From a virus: a stretch of 64,000 nucleotides of DNA. Made by a program: the position numbers and the translations under genes. The notes below the pieces were generated by a model. The model was not told where the DNA came from, did no database searches, and saw only the letters and a program-made list of their open reading frames with translations. The stretch lies in IMG/VR virus record IMGVR_UViG_3300004805_000006, positions 8,453-72,452 of that record; one strand, given 5' to 3'. How positions within the stretch are numbered: the first letter of the stretch is position 1; every line of letters starts with the position of its first letter. Below are positions 7,633 through 17,640 of this stretch, one piece after another.

Positions 7633-8268
7633 TTATTTTCTTCCAAAGGTCATGGTATAATATGTATTCCAGTCGCTAGTTGATTTACTTGCCCATCCAA
7701 ACCCAATAACATTTGATGTAGAACTCATGATAGCAGAACAGTGACCTGGACTATTAATCCAACCAGTCACCACGCTAGCCATATCGTATCCTGCTGCTAT
7801 ATTTTCACCAGTGGGTGTACCAGTAAACCCTGCTTTTGCGATTCTATCCCAGGGACTTGAGCCATCTAAACCGTAGTGGTCGAAGTAATTATTTGCTGCC
7901 ATATCGATAGAATGGTTGAGTGCAGCGGTAGTTAGCTGCTGATTATATGCAACTGAAGGAAGACCACCATTAGCACAGGGTGCACCATTAGCACGGTATT
8001 TATTTATTTCTGCTAAAATAGAAGCCTCACCTGAGCCGTACGCATCTACATCCTGTGATGGTTTGGTTGGTTCTAATGAATATATGTACCATGTTCCATT
8101 ACTGTTATGTTTTAATACTGCTTTATAATTTATTTTAGCGCCCTGATATTCTATATTAGATAAAGTAAGTGTTAAGTCTTCACTTAAAATAGCTACATCA
8201 TCTGCAAAACAAAGGGTAGTCATACTGATTAAAACTAAAAATACTAATTTGGTAAATAAATTTTTCAT
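7633..8268 (-). CDS. secreted CAP/SCP domain protein
   Basis: Signal peptide; INKYRA, AALNHSIDMA, YFDH, GENIAAG, W.NSPGHC. Confidence 0.9.
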   Translation of the reverse strand: MKNLFTKLVFLVLISMTTLCFADDVAILSEDLTLTLSNIEYQGAKINYKAVLKHNSNGTWYIYSLEPTKPSQDVDAYGSGEASILAEINKYRANGAPCANGGLPSVAYNQQLTTAALNHSIDMAANNYFDHYGLDGSSPWDRIAKAGFTGTPTGENIAAGYDMASVVTGWINSPGHCSAIMSSTSNVIGFGWASKSTSDWNTYYTMTFGRK

Positions 8269-8280
8269 TGTTACCTCCTA

Positions 8281-8859
8281 TTAATGTACAAATTTATGAA
8301 TACAAGTTACTAGATTACTATTAGACAATCCATCTGGAGTAAGAATGTTGTTGCCTAGAACATAATCATAATCATCTTTAAAAATATTATTATAACAAGT
8401 GTCCACTAGCTCAGAGCAGTAAAAATTAGAATTTTCGCTTTCAAATTTCCAATCATATTGAGCTTTTTCTTTTACCAATTCTTTTGCTTTGTCTATAGCA
8501 TACACTACCTGGTTATAAGTTACACTGGGTCGGTATAAAGCCAGACTGTCGCATCTGCAAAAATTCAAAATATCTTCTGAGTTTACTCCAGTACCGACCG
8601 CTTGAATTACATTGTTATCACCAACATAAATTGCTGCATGGCACCAGAATGACGATATAGACATTAATATAGTATCTAAGTAGCCATCATACCGGCGAAA
8701 AAGAATATCACCTGGCTTTATATCGTTAAGAATCATTCGTATTTCTTCACCTTTAATTTTGTGAAATTTTGGTTTATAGCTTAGAAATAGAGGACGCCAA
8801 CAACAATATAAATCCCCTGGAAATTTAAGCATCCATTTTGGAAGTTGTAATTTAAGCAT
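8281..8859 (-). CDS. permuted papain-like amidase (YiiX/YebB, NlpC/P60 superfamily)
   Basis: PGDILF, HAAIYVG, YD..F, FYCSELV, TPD motifs. Confidence 0.85.
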   Translation of the reverse strand: MLKLQLPKWMLKFPGDLYCCWRPLFLSYKPKFHKIKGEEIRMILNDIKPGDILFRRYDGYLDTILMSISSFWCHAAIYVGDNNVIQAVGTGVNSEDILNFCRCDSLALYRPSVTYNQVVYAIDKAKELVKEKAQYDWKFESENSNFYCSELVDTCYNNIFKDDYDYVLGNNILTPDGLSNSNLVTCIHKFVH

Positions 8860-8874
8860 TATGTTTCCTCCTTA

Positions 8875-9279
8875 TTATTTTATACTCATTGAATTATTAA
8901 TTGTATGCACTAGTAAACTAGTTATCTCATCAAACGAAAGTCCTCCATTAAGATACACCATATTAGCTACAGCGCCTAATGATTTCCATTGACTATCAGT
9001 AAATTTTTGACCTCCGTCTTCTCTTACTCTAACGAATATAGTCTTTGCAGGTCGTTTATTACTGTCATCAACTACTTCAGCAATTGAATATACTCCTGTC
9101 ATCTTAGGAGTAATAACGTACAAACATAGATCGCATTCTTGACGTTGTTTAATTTCTTCTTTCATGCATTCAGGAGTCCAGTCTTTAACTACTGGATTAA
9201 AATAATCTATTGTAAGATTAGGTATTAACTCATCACGCCATGTAGATTCATTACAAGTTCCACCTAAAAATATCTTCAT
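8875..9279 (-). CDS. nucleoside 2-deoxyribosyltransferase-like protein
   Basis: KIFLGGTC..S.WR, YFNP, YSIAE motifs. Confidence 0.75.
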   Translation of the reverse strand: MKIFLGGTCNESTWRDELIPNLTIDYFNPVVKDWTPECMKEEIKQRQECDLCLYVITPKMTGVYSIAEVVDDSNKRPAKTIFVRVREDGGQKFTDSQWKSLGAVANMVYLNGGLSFDEITSLLVHTINNSMSIK

Positions 9280-9296
9280 GATAATTTCTCCTTTAA

Positions 9297-9617
9297 TTAA
9301 AAATGTCCTGGTGACGCTGATACGGCTGATAGACCAATTCTTGCTACTGCTAATACAGTTCCAGCTGCGACTACATTGTTTGAATAAGTATATTTATCAA
9401 TGCGATCATTCCTATCACCATTATACCCACCCCCAAACAGTCCATATCCGTATCCCTGACTAGCGCTGTAAAAGTTACTCATACTAATAGGTCCAGTAAG
9501 AATACTACTCAAAGTTCTAGGAGCAGTATCTCCTAATGAAATTTGAGTATTAGCTGGTAAACCTAGTTCTACATTAATTTGTCCGAAGTCAATCGGACCT
9601 GAAGATTGAAGTGTCAT
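9297..9617 (-). CDS. putative virion/tail-fibre associated protein
   Basis: MTLQSSGPI.FG.IN.ELG...ISL..GPISMSNFY N-terminal motif typical of phage fibre/adhesin proteins. Confidence 0.55.
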   Translation of the reverse strand: MTLQSSGPIDFGQINVELGLPANTQISLGDTAPRTLSSILTGPISMSNFYSASQGYGYGLFGGGYNGDRNDRIDKYTYSNNVVAAGTVLAVARIGLSAVSASPGHF

Positions 9618-9650
9618 TTTAAGCTCCTTAGTAAATATATAACTACCTTA

Positions 9651-9740
9651 TCATTTTTCATTACTCATCACCCAAGTCATAGTTAGTATACCAACAAAAA
9701 ATCCAATAACCATTCCCATTATTAATCCTTCATAAAACAT
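9651..9740 (-). CDS. small single-TM protein
   Basis: AGGAGGT RBS; MFYEGLIMGMVIGFFVGILTMTWVMSNEK. Confidence 0.55.
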   Translation of the reverse strand: MFYEGLIMGMVIGFFVGILTMTWVMSNEK

Positions 9741-9763
9741 TTTTGCCACCTCCTATGTTAAAT

Positions 9764-9910
9764 TTAATGACTGTATCTTTTGTAAAGTTCGTTACGTAAT
9801 GAATCAAGTTGTGCTTCAAGTTGTTCTACTTGTCTTACTAGGCTTCTACATCTATAGAACAATGCTATAACAAATGAGATCAATACTACTATAATATCGT
9901 ATTCTATCAT
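9764..9910 (-). CDS. small TM plus coiled-coil protein
   Basis: 48-aa ORF; AGGAGG RBS lies inside the upstream HNH gene. Confidence 0.5.
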   Translation of the reverse strand: MIEYDIIVVLISFVIALFYRCRSLVRQVEQLEAQLDSLRNELYKRYSH

Positions 9911-10761
9911 AATTTGTACCTCCTATATAGTAATGCTTTATACCAAGCTGTATGCCACTCACGGTCAGTGTTAGCTCTAGCGTTGCAAGATCTACACACT
10001 GTTATTAAATTACTAGGACCACAATTCTTTTTGTTGTAGTCTATATGATGGATAGTTAATCCTGAATATTTTTTAGTGCATGCTGGATTAAGACATTTAT
10101 AGTCGTCACGTTCTTTAATGTAATTTTTGTATTCTTTATCCTTCCAAATTGGGCAGTATGGTTCAAAAGAAATACCTCCTTTCCAGTTTGGATGACCCAA
10201 TCCTGAAAACTGTATATTTTTACATGTTGGACATCTTCTTCCTTGCTGCCAATTAGACCAACTTATACTATGTATATGACCTTCAGGGCATTTACAATCT
10301 AATTTAATATGAGCGCCTATATATTCTTTAGATAATAATTCATAACCACTTTTAATAAAAGATTTTTTAATGTTCTCTAAAGTTAGTTTAATTTTTCCAT
10401 AACAAATTGAGCATCTCTGACCCATTCTCCAGTTATTAAAAGTAATACTACGTTCATGTCCATTAGAACATTTATAATATAATTTAGTACTACAGTCTAT
10501 ATATTCTTTAGAAAATAAAATATATCCATCTTTATTAAAACATTTTTTAATATAATCTAAAGTAAATTTAATATTATTATTACTACAATACGGGCATCTT
10601 TGTCCTGCTTTCCAGTGACCCCAAGTAATATTATGCTTATGACCATTGGAACATTGATAATTCAATTTAGTTTGAGCATTAGTATACTCATTAGATAATA
10701 ATTCATAACCACCATCTTCAAATGATTGTTTAACAAATTCATAAGTATGTTTTTTACCCAT
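9907..10761 (-). CDS. HNH endonuclease with N-terminal Zn-binding repeats (putative homing endonuclease) copy 1
   Basis: 3x GY.L.S.EY....KL.Y.C..GH....W..W..G.RC..C repeats, GHPNWKGG, HHIDYNK.N...NLITVCRSCN. Confidence 0.85.
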   Translation of the reverse strand: MGKKHTYEFVKQSFEDGGYELLSNEYTNAQTKLNYQCSNGHKHNITWGHWKAGQRCPYCSNNNIKFTLDYIKKCFNKDGYILFSKEYIDCSTKLYYKCSNGHERSITFNNWRMGQRCSICYGKIKLTLENIKKSFIKSGYELLSKEYIGAHIKLDCKCPEGHIHSISWSNWQQGRRCPTCKNIQFSGLGHPNWKGGISFEPYCPIWKDKEYKNYIKERDDYKCLNPACTKKYSGLTIHHIDYNKKNCGPSNLITVCRSCNARANTDREWHTAWYKALLYRRYKL

Positions 10762-11545
10762 CGATTCCACCATCCAAATCTATTTCACTTATGACCTCTA
10801 TTTTTGCTTTATCATAATCTACACGTTTACTAAAAACTCCCTCTAGTTCTTTTAGCAATGCATTTTTTATAGCTTTAAGATTTCCAAGTTTCATCACAAC
10901 CTCATCCAACTGTCCATCATCCAAAAGTAGATTTATAGTCTTGTCAATAACACATGCTGGATCAAATTTATTGGATGACGATAAACTTCTACAAGTAGCC
11001 TCCACCCTATCTACTATCATCAGAATAGCAGCTTCCAATCCTGTGGGTTTTGTAGTTTTATACCTGAAAGTATCTTCTACACCTTTACCAGACTTATCAA
11101 AAAAATATTGTAATATAGATGTTCCATGGTGTTGAGAAATTACTTCGATAACATCTCTTGGAAATTTGTGATCATTGATAAGTATCATTACTGAATCTGA
11201 CACATGCCTAGTAATAATATTGTAACTTATACTCGGTAATAATTTTAAATGAGGGTCTTCATCATCTTCAATATGGTTTTCAGTAAAGTATTTAGGATTA
11301 AATGTTTTTCCTATATCATGGTAAGTAGCTATGACTTTCATCTTCAGTACATTCAGACTTAAAGATAGTGCTATACCTTCTACTATTCCAGAAATTGTCT
11401 GTGAGTGATGATAAGTACCAGGACACTTATCTCTAAATCTTTGTAGCAATGGATACGATGGGTCCAGTAATAGTTGTAGATCTTTAGATTCTTTGGATTC
11501 TTTATCTTCAGTAATAGCACCATTTATAATTCGTTCTTCAGTCAT
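10754..11545 (-). CDS. HDIG phosphodiesterase (PgpH/7TM-HD catalytic domain, no TM region)
   Basis: PGTYHHS, YHDIGK, YFTEN, HV, QHHGT, FRY...P...EAAILMI.D.VEA motifs. Confidence 0.85.
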   Translation of the reverse strand: MTEERIINGAITEDKESKESKDLQLLLDPSYPLLQRFRDKCPGTYHHSQTISGIVEGIALSLSLNVLKMKVIATYHDIGKTFNPKYFTENHIEDDEDPHLKLLPSISYNIITRHVSDSVMILINDHKFPRDVIEVISQHHGTSILQYFFDKSGKGVEDTFRYKTTKPTGLEAAILMIVDRVEATCRSLSSSNKFDPACVIDKTINLLLDDGQLDEVVMKLGNLKAIKNALLKELEGVFSKRVDYDKAKIEVISEIDLDGGIDG

Positions 11546-11556
11546 AGCTACCTCCA

Positions 11557-11760
11557 TCATTTCCTACCCACTAGTTTACTAGCATTTTGTGTATTTAAAT
11601 CTTCTAATTGCTCACCACAATTTTTACATACTGCATTTGCAAATTCAACATTAGCTACTATATGACTTTCTTTACACTTAGGGCAGTACATACTTTTACC
11701 CTTTAGGTTTGATAGTTCTTGTTTTGGTGCTGGTTGTAGTCGTCCGTTATCTTTTAGCAT
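11557..11760 (-). CDS. small zinc-ribbon protein
   Basis: CPKC..CKNCG. Confidence 0.6.
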   Translation of the reverse strand: MLKDNGRLQPAPKQELSNLKGKSMYCPKCKESHIVANVEFANAVCKNCGEQLEDLNTQNASKLVGRK

Positions 11761-11771
11761 ATTTTTAACTC

Positions 11772-12308
11772 CTATATTAATCGAATTTCTTCTGGCATGG
11801 TATCAAAAAAACCAGGATCGCTTCCAATTTCTCTGATCATACCATTTTTTAAAGCCATTTTATTATCTTCAATAAAGAATTTATACTTTGGTTTATCACC
11901 CCATATTCTTAATCGTTCTCTTATAATCTTTTGTCCTAAATTCTCAGGTCCATTTATGATACTTTTTACTTGGCGCGGGAAAGTAAATCTTAGCCATTTC
12001 ATATAACCACAACGCATAAGTTCCCAAAGTAATTGGTCTCTTTTTTCTGAAAAATTATCACTTGTGGTTATATAAACTATACGCCACTCCGCATAATACT
12101 TCAAAATAACGTCCTGTATCTGACTAAAATCCCTATAATCTAAATTACAAACTAAAAGTCCGAAATCGCTTATGATGAACTGTACAGATACTCCTCTAAC
12201 CATGTTCATCTTTTTAAAGCTGACCTTGAATTGACTTAACATTACACCAGTATTAATTTCTAGCTCTTTTAAATCCATAGTACTCCTTGTGTGGGGCTTT
12301 CGCCCCAC
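11772..12308 (-). CDS. hypothetical protein
   Basis: 178-aa ORF in a contiguous operon. Confidence 0.6.
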   Translation of the reverse strand: MGRKPHTRSTMDLKELEINTGVMLSQFKVSFKKMNMVRGVSVQFIISDFGLLVCNLDYRDFSQIQDVILKYYAEWRIVYITTSDNFSEKRDQLLWELMRCGYMKWLRFTFPRQVKSIINGPENLGQKIIRERLRIWGDKPKYKFFIEDNKMALKNGMIREIGSDPGFFDTMPEEIRLI

Positions 12309-12312
12309 TATA

Positions 12313-14751
12313 TTAGTTAGCGGTTAAAGACACAAGTTCTTTATGTACTTCAGATTTTTTAATTACTTCTACGTCTTTAATATAGAAAGCAACCTTGGAC
12401 TGTAATACCGACACCAGTACTGTAGCATCCAAAGGTATGGCATCTCTTAGCAACTTCAATGCTAAAGGCGTAGCTATTTCTTTTTCAATACATCTTTTTA
12501 ATGGTCGGGCTCCAAAATCTTCATCTATACCATGTTTTAAAATATAAGACTTAATTTTTTTATCAAATTTTAATGTCAAATCTTTAAACTCAGTATCATT
12601 ATTCTTAAGATTTTCATTAAGTTTATAAAGTTCAATGTCTATAATTCTAATATAATCTTGTTTAGATAATGAATTAAAGTGAACAATAGAGTCAATTCTA
12701 TTTAAGAACTCAGGTTTAAATTTCTTTTTAATTGCTTTTTCAATTGCTTTAGTTTTCTTATCATCGGTTACTTTAGCAACATCTCCAAATCCTATAGTTT
12801 TTTTAACATCATCAACTTCAGACACACCTATATTAGAGGTCATAATAACTATAGTATCCTTAAATGATACCTTCTGACCTTTACCATCAGTAAGTCTTCC
12901 TTCCTCTAGAATCTGTAATAACAACTCATGCACTTTATGACTAGCCTTTTCTATCTCATCAAAAACAACTACGCTAAACGGGTTCTCCATTACTGCATTT
13001 GTAAGGGTACCTCCTTGCTCAAAACCTATGTATCCATTTGGACTATTATGCACAATAAAATCAAGTACATACGATACATCTTCTTCTACTGCTAAATCAT
13101 ATACTTTACCGGTATAGTTTATTATATCTATCTTTTTTATTTGTTTATAGATATAATTTTCATCAGCATACTCGTATAAATTTGTATTTTTTAAATACTC
13201 TTCTGTAACTTGACACACTGGATAAACTAAAGTATCTCCGGCTATTAAATCTTTAGCTTGAACCCATTTTAAATTATTAACATTAAATTGTTTATTATCT
13301 AAATTAGTTTTTGATTTTATAGCAAGTACTTCATGAGTTTTAGTCATGGTTTCTGAGATATTAGAATTTACTGTGGTGATTTCTATCATTTCACCTTTTT
13401 GATCATACTCATGAACAAATTCTACATTTCTACTTCGACCTTTATGAGTTATTACTTTATCACCTATGTTAATAGTTTCAATATTTTTTCTCTCTCCACT
13501 TTCCATAAGAACTTTAGTTCCTGGAACAAAACATCCAATTAATTTAGAGTACTCGTGGTCAGAAGAAAATTCTGAACAATCAATTGTAACTAAATTATCC
13601 CTGTCTTTAATCAGTTCATCTGCTAGAATCTTAGTTGTGAGACTTTTTCCAATACCAGTTGAGCCTGCAAATAAGAAAGATCCTATTGGTTTTATAGGAT
13701 CTTTCAACCCAACACTAGCCCTCTGAACCGCTTCTACAATTTGGTCTACCGCAGAATCTTGTCCTATAACAAACACCTTCATAGTGTCATTGAGTTTTAA
13801 AAGATCATCTTTAGACACGTCTTTAAAAGTTTTTTTATGCTTCTTTTTCTTTTTAGAATTTTGTTGTCCGGCATGAGAAGACATTCTATTCGGAGGTTGA
13901 TTTCTTTTGTTTTGTGGCTCATCATCTTCTGATTCTTCACTATTATCAGACATATTCTGTGCATTTTCATATGTAAGAAATGGGTTTGCATCGTGTGCTA
14001 ATAGATATACTTCATGCATTAAAATAGGAGGAGCAACTCTATTAGGAAGTCCCATATTATCTAGCATGATAAATAAGTCCTCACTATCAACTACGCACAC
14101 TGTTACCACATAAGTCTGAAAACTAGATCTATTATGGAAAAATTTATGACTTAGTATACTAGCTGCATCCTGCTCATTAAATTTTTTAACTTCCACGTAT
14201 CTATTGATTCGTTTCCACCACTGTTTAACTACAGTGAATTCAATGTCTTCAATGTTTTTAAGTTCGGATGGTAATTCTTTTTTTACTTTTTTAGTATCTT
14301 CTGGAATACTTTCAATAGTATCCTCAGGTTCTTGTTCATTAACATCATCATAGTAAGAAACATTCCATTGTTTATTTTCTGTAAGTGGTCGTTCTTCTTC
14401 ACTTAGTATATCTGTACTCTTAAGTTTAATTACTGAATTACGATTAATGACCAAGTTATCTGGATTTAATAATGGATTGAAGAATATGACTTGTGTCATA
14501 ACTTCTTCTCTAACCTGCATTAAGCTAGGTGGTAAATTAGCTTGCTGCTTAATATGAAACAATAGTTGATTAATATTAGCCACGCAGGTTGCAATTACAT
14601 AATCCTCATAAAAACTTCTATTAATGCTTCCCTTATCTCTTGCAAGATAAGCTAGTTTATCTTCTATTTCATTTTTAGGAATTTCCAGAACTAATATTTC
14701 AAATTCTGCTTCTTTAATCCATGCTTTATGTATTTTATAATTTTCTGACAT
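12313..14751 (-). CDS. ClpA/ClpB-family AAA+ ATPase (single D2-type AAA module, novel N-terminus), intein-containing
   Basis: VIGQD, GSFLFAGSTGIGKS, IDCSEF, LIG|SPNGYIG, VVFDEIEKA, GRLTD, PEFLNRID, GARPLKR. Confidence 0.9.
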   Translation of the reverse strand: MSENYKIHKAWIKEAEFEILVLEIPKNEIEDKLAYLARDKGSINRSFYEDYVIATCVANINQLLFHIKQQANLPPSLMQVREEVMTQVIFFNPLLNPDNLVINRNSVIKLKSTDILSEEERPLTENKQWNVSYYDDVNEQEPEDTIESIPEDTKKVKKELPSELKNIEDIEFTVVKQWWKRINRYVEVKKFNEQDAASILSHKFFHNRSSFQTYVVTVCVVDSEDLFIMLDNMGLPNRVAPPILMHEVYLLAHDANPFLTYENAQNMSDNSEESEDDEPQNKRNQPPNRMSSHAGQQNSKKKKKHKKTFKDVSKDDLLKLNDTMKVFVIGQDSAVDQIVEAVQRASVGLKDPIKPIGSFLFAGSTGIGKSLTTKILADELIKDRDNLVTIDCSEFSSDHEYSKLIGCFVPGTKVLMESGERKNIETINIGDKVITHKGRSRNVEFVHEYDQKGEMIEITTVNSNISETMTKTHEVLAIKSKTNLDNKQFNVNNLKWVQAKDLIAGDTLVYPVCQVTEEYLKNTNLYEYADENYIYKQIKKIDIINYTGKVYDLAVEEDVSYVLDFIVHNSPNGYIGFEQGGTLTNAVMENPFSVVVFDEIEKASHKVHELLLQILEEGRLTDGKGQKVSFKDTIVIMTSNIGVSEVDDVKKTIGFGDVAKVTDDKKTKAIEKAIKKKFKPEFLNRIDSIVHFNSLSKQDYIRIIDIELYKLNENLKNNDTEFKDLTLKFDKKIKSYILKHGIDEDFGARPLKRCIEKEIATPLALKLLRDAIPLDATVLVSVLQSKVAFYIKDVEVIKKSEVHKELVSLTAN
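13045..13533 (-). mobile_element. mini-intein (163 aa) in Clp ATPase
   Basis: CFVPGT...VYDLAVEE..IVHN followed by Ser; no endonuclease domain. Confidence 0.9.
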
Positions 14752-14764
14752 AGTTATATTTTCC

Positions 14765-15817
14765 TTATCGTTTACGGAATTTTTCATTACCAAATTTAAC
14801 CACATAGACAGCTTCTTGATAAGTCAGTTTATCCTGATCTGGGATAGGTCGTTTAGTATAGTTATTAAGCTCAAAAGCCTCTGTAGCTAATGATTCATAT
14901 TCTGCACCTTTAATGCATAATATACTCTGCAAAGCCACTTTCTGAACATCTGATATATATTCTGGTTCTCCAGTATTAATAGTCTCAGTCTTAGACTCAG
15001 GTATATTATTTACTGGTGGACTTGATATTGCAGGCGATGTTTTTGACATATTTTTCTTAGCCATTTCAATTCCTGGAGGTAATGGCATACTTCCTTTTGG
15101 TATTACTGGTGGTGTACTTTCAGTAGCTATTGACTCCATAAATGGTGATGGTGTTACAGGTGTTGTAGTTGCTGTAGGCACTATAGGTTCAACCGAAGCT
15201 GTCAGTGTAGGTGCTACAGGTGTAAATGGTACTACAGACGCTGTAAGAGCCATAGGAGCTATAGGTGTTACTACTGGGTTAGTTGGAAATGTACCAGATA
15301 CTGTTGTAGCCATAGGAGGAATAGTTGTATCCATCGGTGGAATTTGTGATGGGTACTTAGATGGTAAAGATGAAGATGCTTTTGTATTAATAGGTTTCAT
15401 AGAAGATGGTAATCCAAATTCTTTATGCCCACTATGTGTAGGAGAAGAAGAGCTATTACTATCATCATCATCGTCTAAGTATAATCCTACTCCCCATTTC
15501 TTACATGCGTCCTTTAGTGCTTTAGAGTAAGCAGATTTAAAAGCATTTCCTGCTTCGCCATTATCATTAGGAGCACCACCAAAACCTTCTTGTATAAAGG
15601 CTATTTTATTATCACAATTAAGTATAGTAACTTTTACTCTAACAATAACATTATTTCCTATAATGTCTTGAAATACAACTTCGCTTGACCAGTTTACTCC
15701 AAACACTTCATTCATTCTATCTGCTACATCCTGCCAACGAATGTAGGAATAAGTTCCACCTCTGCCTTTTCTAGTTGGTACATTGTCAAAATTTTTATAC
15801 AGTAGTTCGTTTTTCAT
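14765..15817 (-). CDS. Rad52/Rad22-family (Sak-like) single-strand annealing protein with Pro/Thr-rich linker
   Basis: R.GRGGTYSYI....V..RMNEVFG..WS, A.KSA.SKALK.A....GVGLYL. Confidence 0.85.
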   Translation of the reverse strand: MKNELLYKNFDNVPTRKGRGGTYSYIRWQDVADRMNEVFGVNWSSEVVFQDIIGNNVIVRVKVTILNCDNKIAFIQEGFGGAPNDNGEAGNAFKSAYSKALKDACKKWGVGLYLDDDDDSNSSSSPTHSGHKEFGLPSSMKPINTKASSSLPSKYPSQIPPMDTTIPPMATTVSGTFPTNPVVTPIAPMALTASVVPFTPVAPTLTASVEPIVPTATTTPVTPSPFMESIATESTPPVIPKGSMPLPPGIEMAKKNMSKTSPAISSPPVNNIPESKTETINTGEPEYISDVQKVALQSILCIKGAEYESLATEAFELNNYTKRPIPDQDKLTYQEAVYVVKFGNEKFRKR

Positions 15818-15877
15818 ACTATTCTCCTTTAAATGTTAACAGCTTAATTATTAAGTTAAAGTAACTTTCATACATGT

Positions 15878-15905
15878 AATATAATACACAACTTCTATTT
15901 GTCAA
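15878..15905 (-). promoter_or_regulatory. sigma70-like promoter TTGACA-N16-TATATT
   Basis: Conserved TTGACAAA-N9-TGTATTATATTA motif repeated in several intergenic gaps. Confidence 0.75.
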
Positions 15906-15909
15906 GTAA

Positions 15910-16338
15910 TTAACTCATCTCACTTTCATAGTGTTCTGATTTAGCAAACTGCCACTTATTAGTTTTCTTTAGTTGTTTACGAAATACTGAACTTGGAACT
16001 TGAATTCCATCAGTTCCTTCATCCATCCGTGGACGATTTTCTGGGTCTGATTGAATACCTAAACTATCATTACCTTCTTGGCAATTTGATTTTATTTCTT
16101 CTTGAGTAAATCTATTTTTTCGTTCTTCAAGATTGGACATTTCATCTATGTCTCTTACAGCTGTGTCAATAGGATTTTGATCTGTATTAGGATCGTCTCC
16201 TTTACGTACTGTATAATCGTTATCATCTCCAACAGATGTATGTAATTTTTGTCTTTGCCCGCCGAAATTAGAATGTGTAGCATCAGACTTATTATACATT
16301 ACTGGTGAATCATTTGGTGTTAGTACTGTAAAATTCAT
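15910..16338 (-). CDS. hypothetical protein
   Basis: AAGGAG RBS before ATG 16338. Confidence 0.6.
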   Translation of the reverse strand: MNFTVLTPNDSPVMYNKSDATHSNFGGQRQKLHTSVGDDNDYTVRKGDDPNTDQNPIDTAVRDIDEMSNLEERKNRFTQEEIKSNCQEGNDSLGIQSDPENRPRMDEGTDGIQVPSSVFRKQLKKTNKWQFAKSEHYESEMS

Positions 16339-16491
16339 AATTTTTCTCCTTAAATATACAATCAATATTTAATATTTCAAAATAACTACATGCTCTTTCT
16401 GATGGATTTTCTAAATCAAACATAATTTTTTTCACTTCTTCTGTGTTGCTCAAATTGATGACCTCCTTTAATTAAAAACATTAAAATACTT

Positions 16492-16850
16492 TGGAGATGC
16501 CGAGAGTCGAACTCGGGTCCACAATGCCGTTACTAAAAAGTTGACGATGATAGTTTAAAACTACTACATAGTTTTTTAAGAGAAACTACTAAACTCTATT
16601 TTACTAGTTTAAAACACTGTTAGATTCTGTTGCTAGGCTCTAACAAAGCCCCATGATAGTGCTTATTAAGCAGCCATCAAATAGTTGCTCTTAGATTTAA
16701 CAACACTAATTCCGTCATTAAGTGATCCACGAGCATAATCAACCATTTTTACTTTGCCATTTATATTTCTGAACAAGTGTTAACGTAGTTTGTTCCGTCT
16801 ACGCATCGAGTCTTTAGCTTCATACACCATGTCGAAACCATTACATCCCC
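16492..16850 (-). ncRNA. ssrA: tmRNA; tag (A)GKVKMVDYARGSLNDGISVVKSKSNYLMAA
   Basis: 5' GGGGATGTAATGGTTTCGAC; 3' CCGAGTTCGACTCTCGG-CATCTCC-A with G3:U70; ATAAAT-GGC resume context; tag ends AA-TAA-TAA (16666-16758). Confidence 0.95.
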
Positions 16851-16952
16851 ATAATATGGTGCTTCTATTTATATGCAGGTTACATAAAACATTAATAGAT
16901 AATCACTACTTTAGAATAATGATTATCTACTTATGTGTAACTTGATATAGTT

Positions 16953-16980
16953 AATATAATACATGTTTTACGTTTGTCAA
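16953..16980 (-). promoter_or_regulatory. sigma70-like promoter upstream of tmRNA
   Basis: TTGACA-N16-TATATT. Confidence 0.75.
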
Positions 16981-16990
16981 GTATTTAGTA

Positions 16991-17626
16991 TTAAAATTTT
17001 TCAATTCCCAAATTTACAATCTTTTTTTGAAAAACAATAAAGTAAGAATGATGCTTTCTAGCATTTTTTTGTCCATCAATTTGCCATTGCGGAGTAAGTC
17101 TGTTCTTCGCCAATAATATAAATAAATCTTTAGTATAGAAACCTAATTTTTCAGCATAGTTTATAATAAAATTATGACTTATATATTGTTTACCACTACT
17201 TACTTTATCTTGGCATTTAGTTATTAAAATGCCATTTGAAGTTAATATCCTTTTAAATTCAGTTAAAGATTTTTTGTAAAATATAAATAATTCTTTTTCG
17301 GTCGGGTAACATCCGAATCTATTTACCATTTCATTCTGTCCATCTTTTTTATTAATTAATGAAGGACCAGTGGTACTAAGAAAAGGTGGATCAAATATCA
17401 TTGTTTTAATACTACTATCTTTTAAAGGTAAAGCTTCAGCCATTGCCGCAATAACGCCTGGCTTCTGAGGATATATATCAAATTTATATTTAGGTTCCTT
17501 TATTCCATGTTTATAAAACTTACCTGTACTATATGTAGGATCTAGTTCTATATCCCCTTCACAGTGCAGTTGTAGTATCCATTTGATAATCTGGTGTTGG
17601 TCATAGCTAATACTTTTGACATACAT
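16991..17626 (-). CDS. phage DNA amino-methyltransferase
   Basis: LDPTYSTGKFY SAM-binding motif, FDPPF catalytic motif, RIL...GIL..KCQD. Confidence 0.8.
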   Translation of the reverse strand: MYVKSISYDQHQIIKWILQLHCEGDIELDPTYSTGKFYKHGIKEPKYKFDIYPQKPGVIAAMAEALPLKDSSIKTMIFDPPFLSTTGPSLINKKDGQNEMVNRFGCYPTEKELFIFYKKSLTEFKRILTSNGILITKCQDKVSSGKQYISHNFIINYAEKLGFYTKDLFILLAKNRLTPQWQIDGQKNARKHHSYFIVFQKKIVNLGIEKF

Positions 17627-17640
17627 AATAGTAATTCCTA

